From: Escherichia coli
GTDB lineage: Bacteria > Pseudomonadota > Gammaproteobacteria > Enterobacterales > Enterobacteriaceae
Direction: 5' to 3' (one strand)
Assembly (NCBI RefSeq): GCF_003334385.1
Contig: NZ_QOWN01000224.1
Length of the DNA: 239 nucleotides
The notes beneath the pieces were generated by a model, which saw nothing but the letters and a program-made list of their open reading frames with translations, searched no databases and was not told the origin of the DNA. Shown here one piece after another: positions 1-239 of the stretch (position 1 is the first letter of the stretch; every line of letters starts with the position of its first letter). Made by a program: the position numbers and the translations under genes.

Positions 1-41
1 GCAATAATGTATGTTCCGATGCTGTAAATTTCCCCGGGTAC
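1..41 (-). other. Start of non-collagenous C-terminal region ([13 protein letters not shown]...), continuing beyond the window
   Basis: Gly periodicity is lost after GRL. Residues become hydrophobic/aromatic (V, I, Y) and codons shift to AT-rich (GAA ATT TAC AGC ATC GGA ACA TAC ATT ATT). No stop codon before the window edge. Confidence 0.6.
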
Positions 42-239
42 CAGCCTTCCGGTTGGCCCTTGTGGTCCCTGTGGTCCCTGTGGTCCGGTTTTACCATCCA
101 ACCCGGGCGGTCCCATCGGCCCTCGCCCTCCGGCAGGGCCCCGTGGCCCCGGAACACCCTGCGCCCCCGCTGGTCCCCTTTCACCTCGTGGCCCTGCCGG
201 ACCTGCCTTACCTTCCGCTCCGGCGGTACCATCCTTTCC
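1..239 (-). CDS. Collagen-like triple-helix repeat protein, internal fragment (partial at both ends; N-terminal side beyond position 239, C-terminal side beyond position 1)
   Basis: Reverse complement read in the frame whose first codon is complement(237..239) translates without stops as [79 protein letters not shown] (79 codons plus 2 bases). Gly occupies every third position for 22 consecutive triplets, which is the defining collagen signature. The plus-strand open frame is a low-complexity shadow of this. Confidence 0.8.
42..239 (-). other. Collagenous (Gly-X-Y)n domain: 22 uninterrupted triplets, 66 codons
   Basis: Codons 1-66 of the minus-strand frame. Pro is at X in 11 of 22 triplets and at Y in only 2 (GVP, GPP). 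Charged residues K, D, E, R are frequent. No interruption of Gly periodicity. Confidence 0.8.
60..86 (-). repeat. 9-bp tandem repeat, 3 copies, encoding (Gly-Pro-Gln)3
   Basis: Plus strand reads ttgtggtcc / ctgtggtcc / ctgtggtcc at 60-68, 69-77, 78-86. On the coding strand these are GGACCACAG, GGACCACAG, GGACCACAA; the only difference is a synonymous third-position change (CAG vs CAA). The adjacent unit at 51-59 (GGGCCAACC, GPT) is a diverged fourth copy. Confidence 0.85.

Noticed and set aside
7-27. Short plus-strand ORF from ATG at 7-9 to TAA at 25-27
   Set aside because: Only 6 codons, and it lies within the minus-strand CDS; no support as a gene.
1-31. AT-rich stretch at the window start considered as promoter, terminator or intergenic region
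   Set aside because: The minus-strand reading frame continues through it without a stop codon, and no convincing -35/-10 pair or GC-rich hairpin followed by a T-run is present. It is better explained as AT-rich codons of the non-collagenous C-terminal region.
33-42. Restriction-site-like palindromes cccggg (33-38, also 102-107) and ggtacc (37-42, also 225-230), considered as possible protein-binding or regulatory palindromes
   Set aside because: They arise directly from adjacent Pro/Gly and Gly/Thr codons (CCC GGG, GGT ACC) and from L-V-P codons at the domain boundary. Such 6-bp palindromes are expected in collagen-coding DNA and are not evidence of regulatory sites.
51-86. Short direct repeats considered as a possible CRISPR array or mobile-element terminal repeat
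   Set aside because: Units are only 9 bp, directly abutting with no spacers, in frame and coding for GPQ; this fits neither CRISPR architecture nor transposon ends.
11-239. Plus-strand open reading frame starting at ATG 11-13 and running without a stop to the window end ([76 protein letters not shown]...)
   Set aside because: Low-complexity Pro/Val/Leu-rich translation with no recognisable domain. It is the expected antisense shadow of a GGN/CCN-rich collagen gene, where stop codons are rare on both strands. The minus-strand frame has a perfect 22-triplet Gly periodicity and is far better supported.
1-239. Claim of a novel multi-gene biological system (defence island, secretion system, etc.)
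   Set aside because: The window is entirely internal to one gene; no neighbouring genes, operon structure or system hallmarks are visible. Any such claim would be invention. Only the collagen-like gene and its uncharacterised C-terminal region can be flagged.

Overview
The whole 239-bp window lies inside a single open reading frame on the minus strand, partial at both ends, encoding a collagen-like protein. Reverse-complementing and translating from window position 239 gives 22 uninterrupted Gly-X-Y triplets ([66 protein letters not shown]), covering 42-239. The repeat then stops and a more AT-rich, hydrophobic stretch begins ([13 protein letters not shown]..., covering 1-41), which looks like the start of a non-collagenous C-terminal domain that continues past the window edge. 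There are no stop codons in this frame. Triplet composition (Pro mostly at X, only two Pro at Y, many charged residues, abundant CpG) points to a prokaryotic or phage/viral collagen-like protein (Scl-like adhesin, exosporium/surface fibre or phage tail-fibre type) rather than a vertebrate collagen exon, but this is inference only. No complete gene, RNA gene, mobile element, CRISPR array or regulatory site can be supported. I cannot support any multi-gene 'system' from 239 bp inside one gene; the collagen-like gene itself and its unseen C-terminal domain are the items worth following up.
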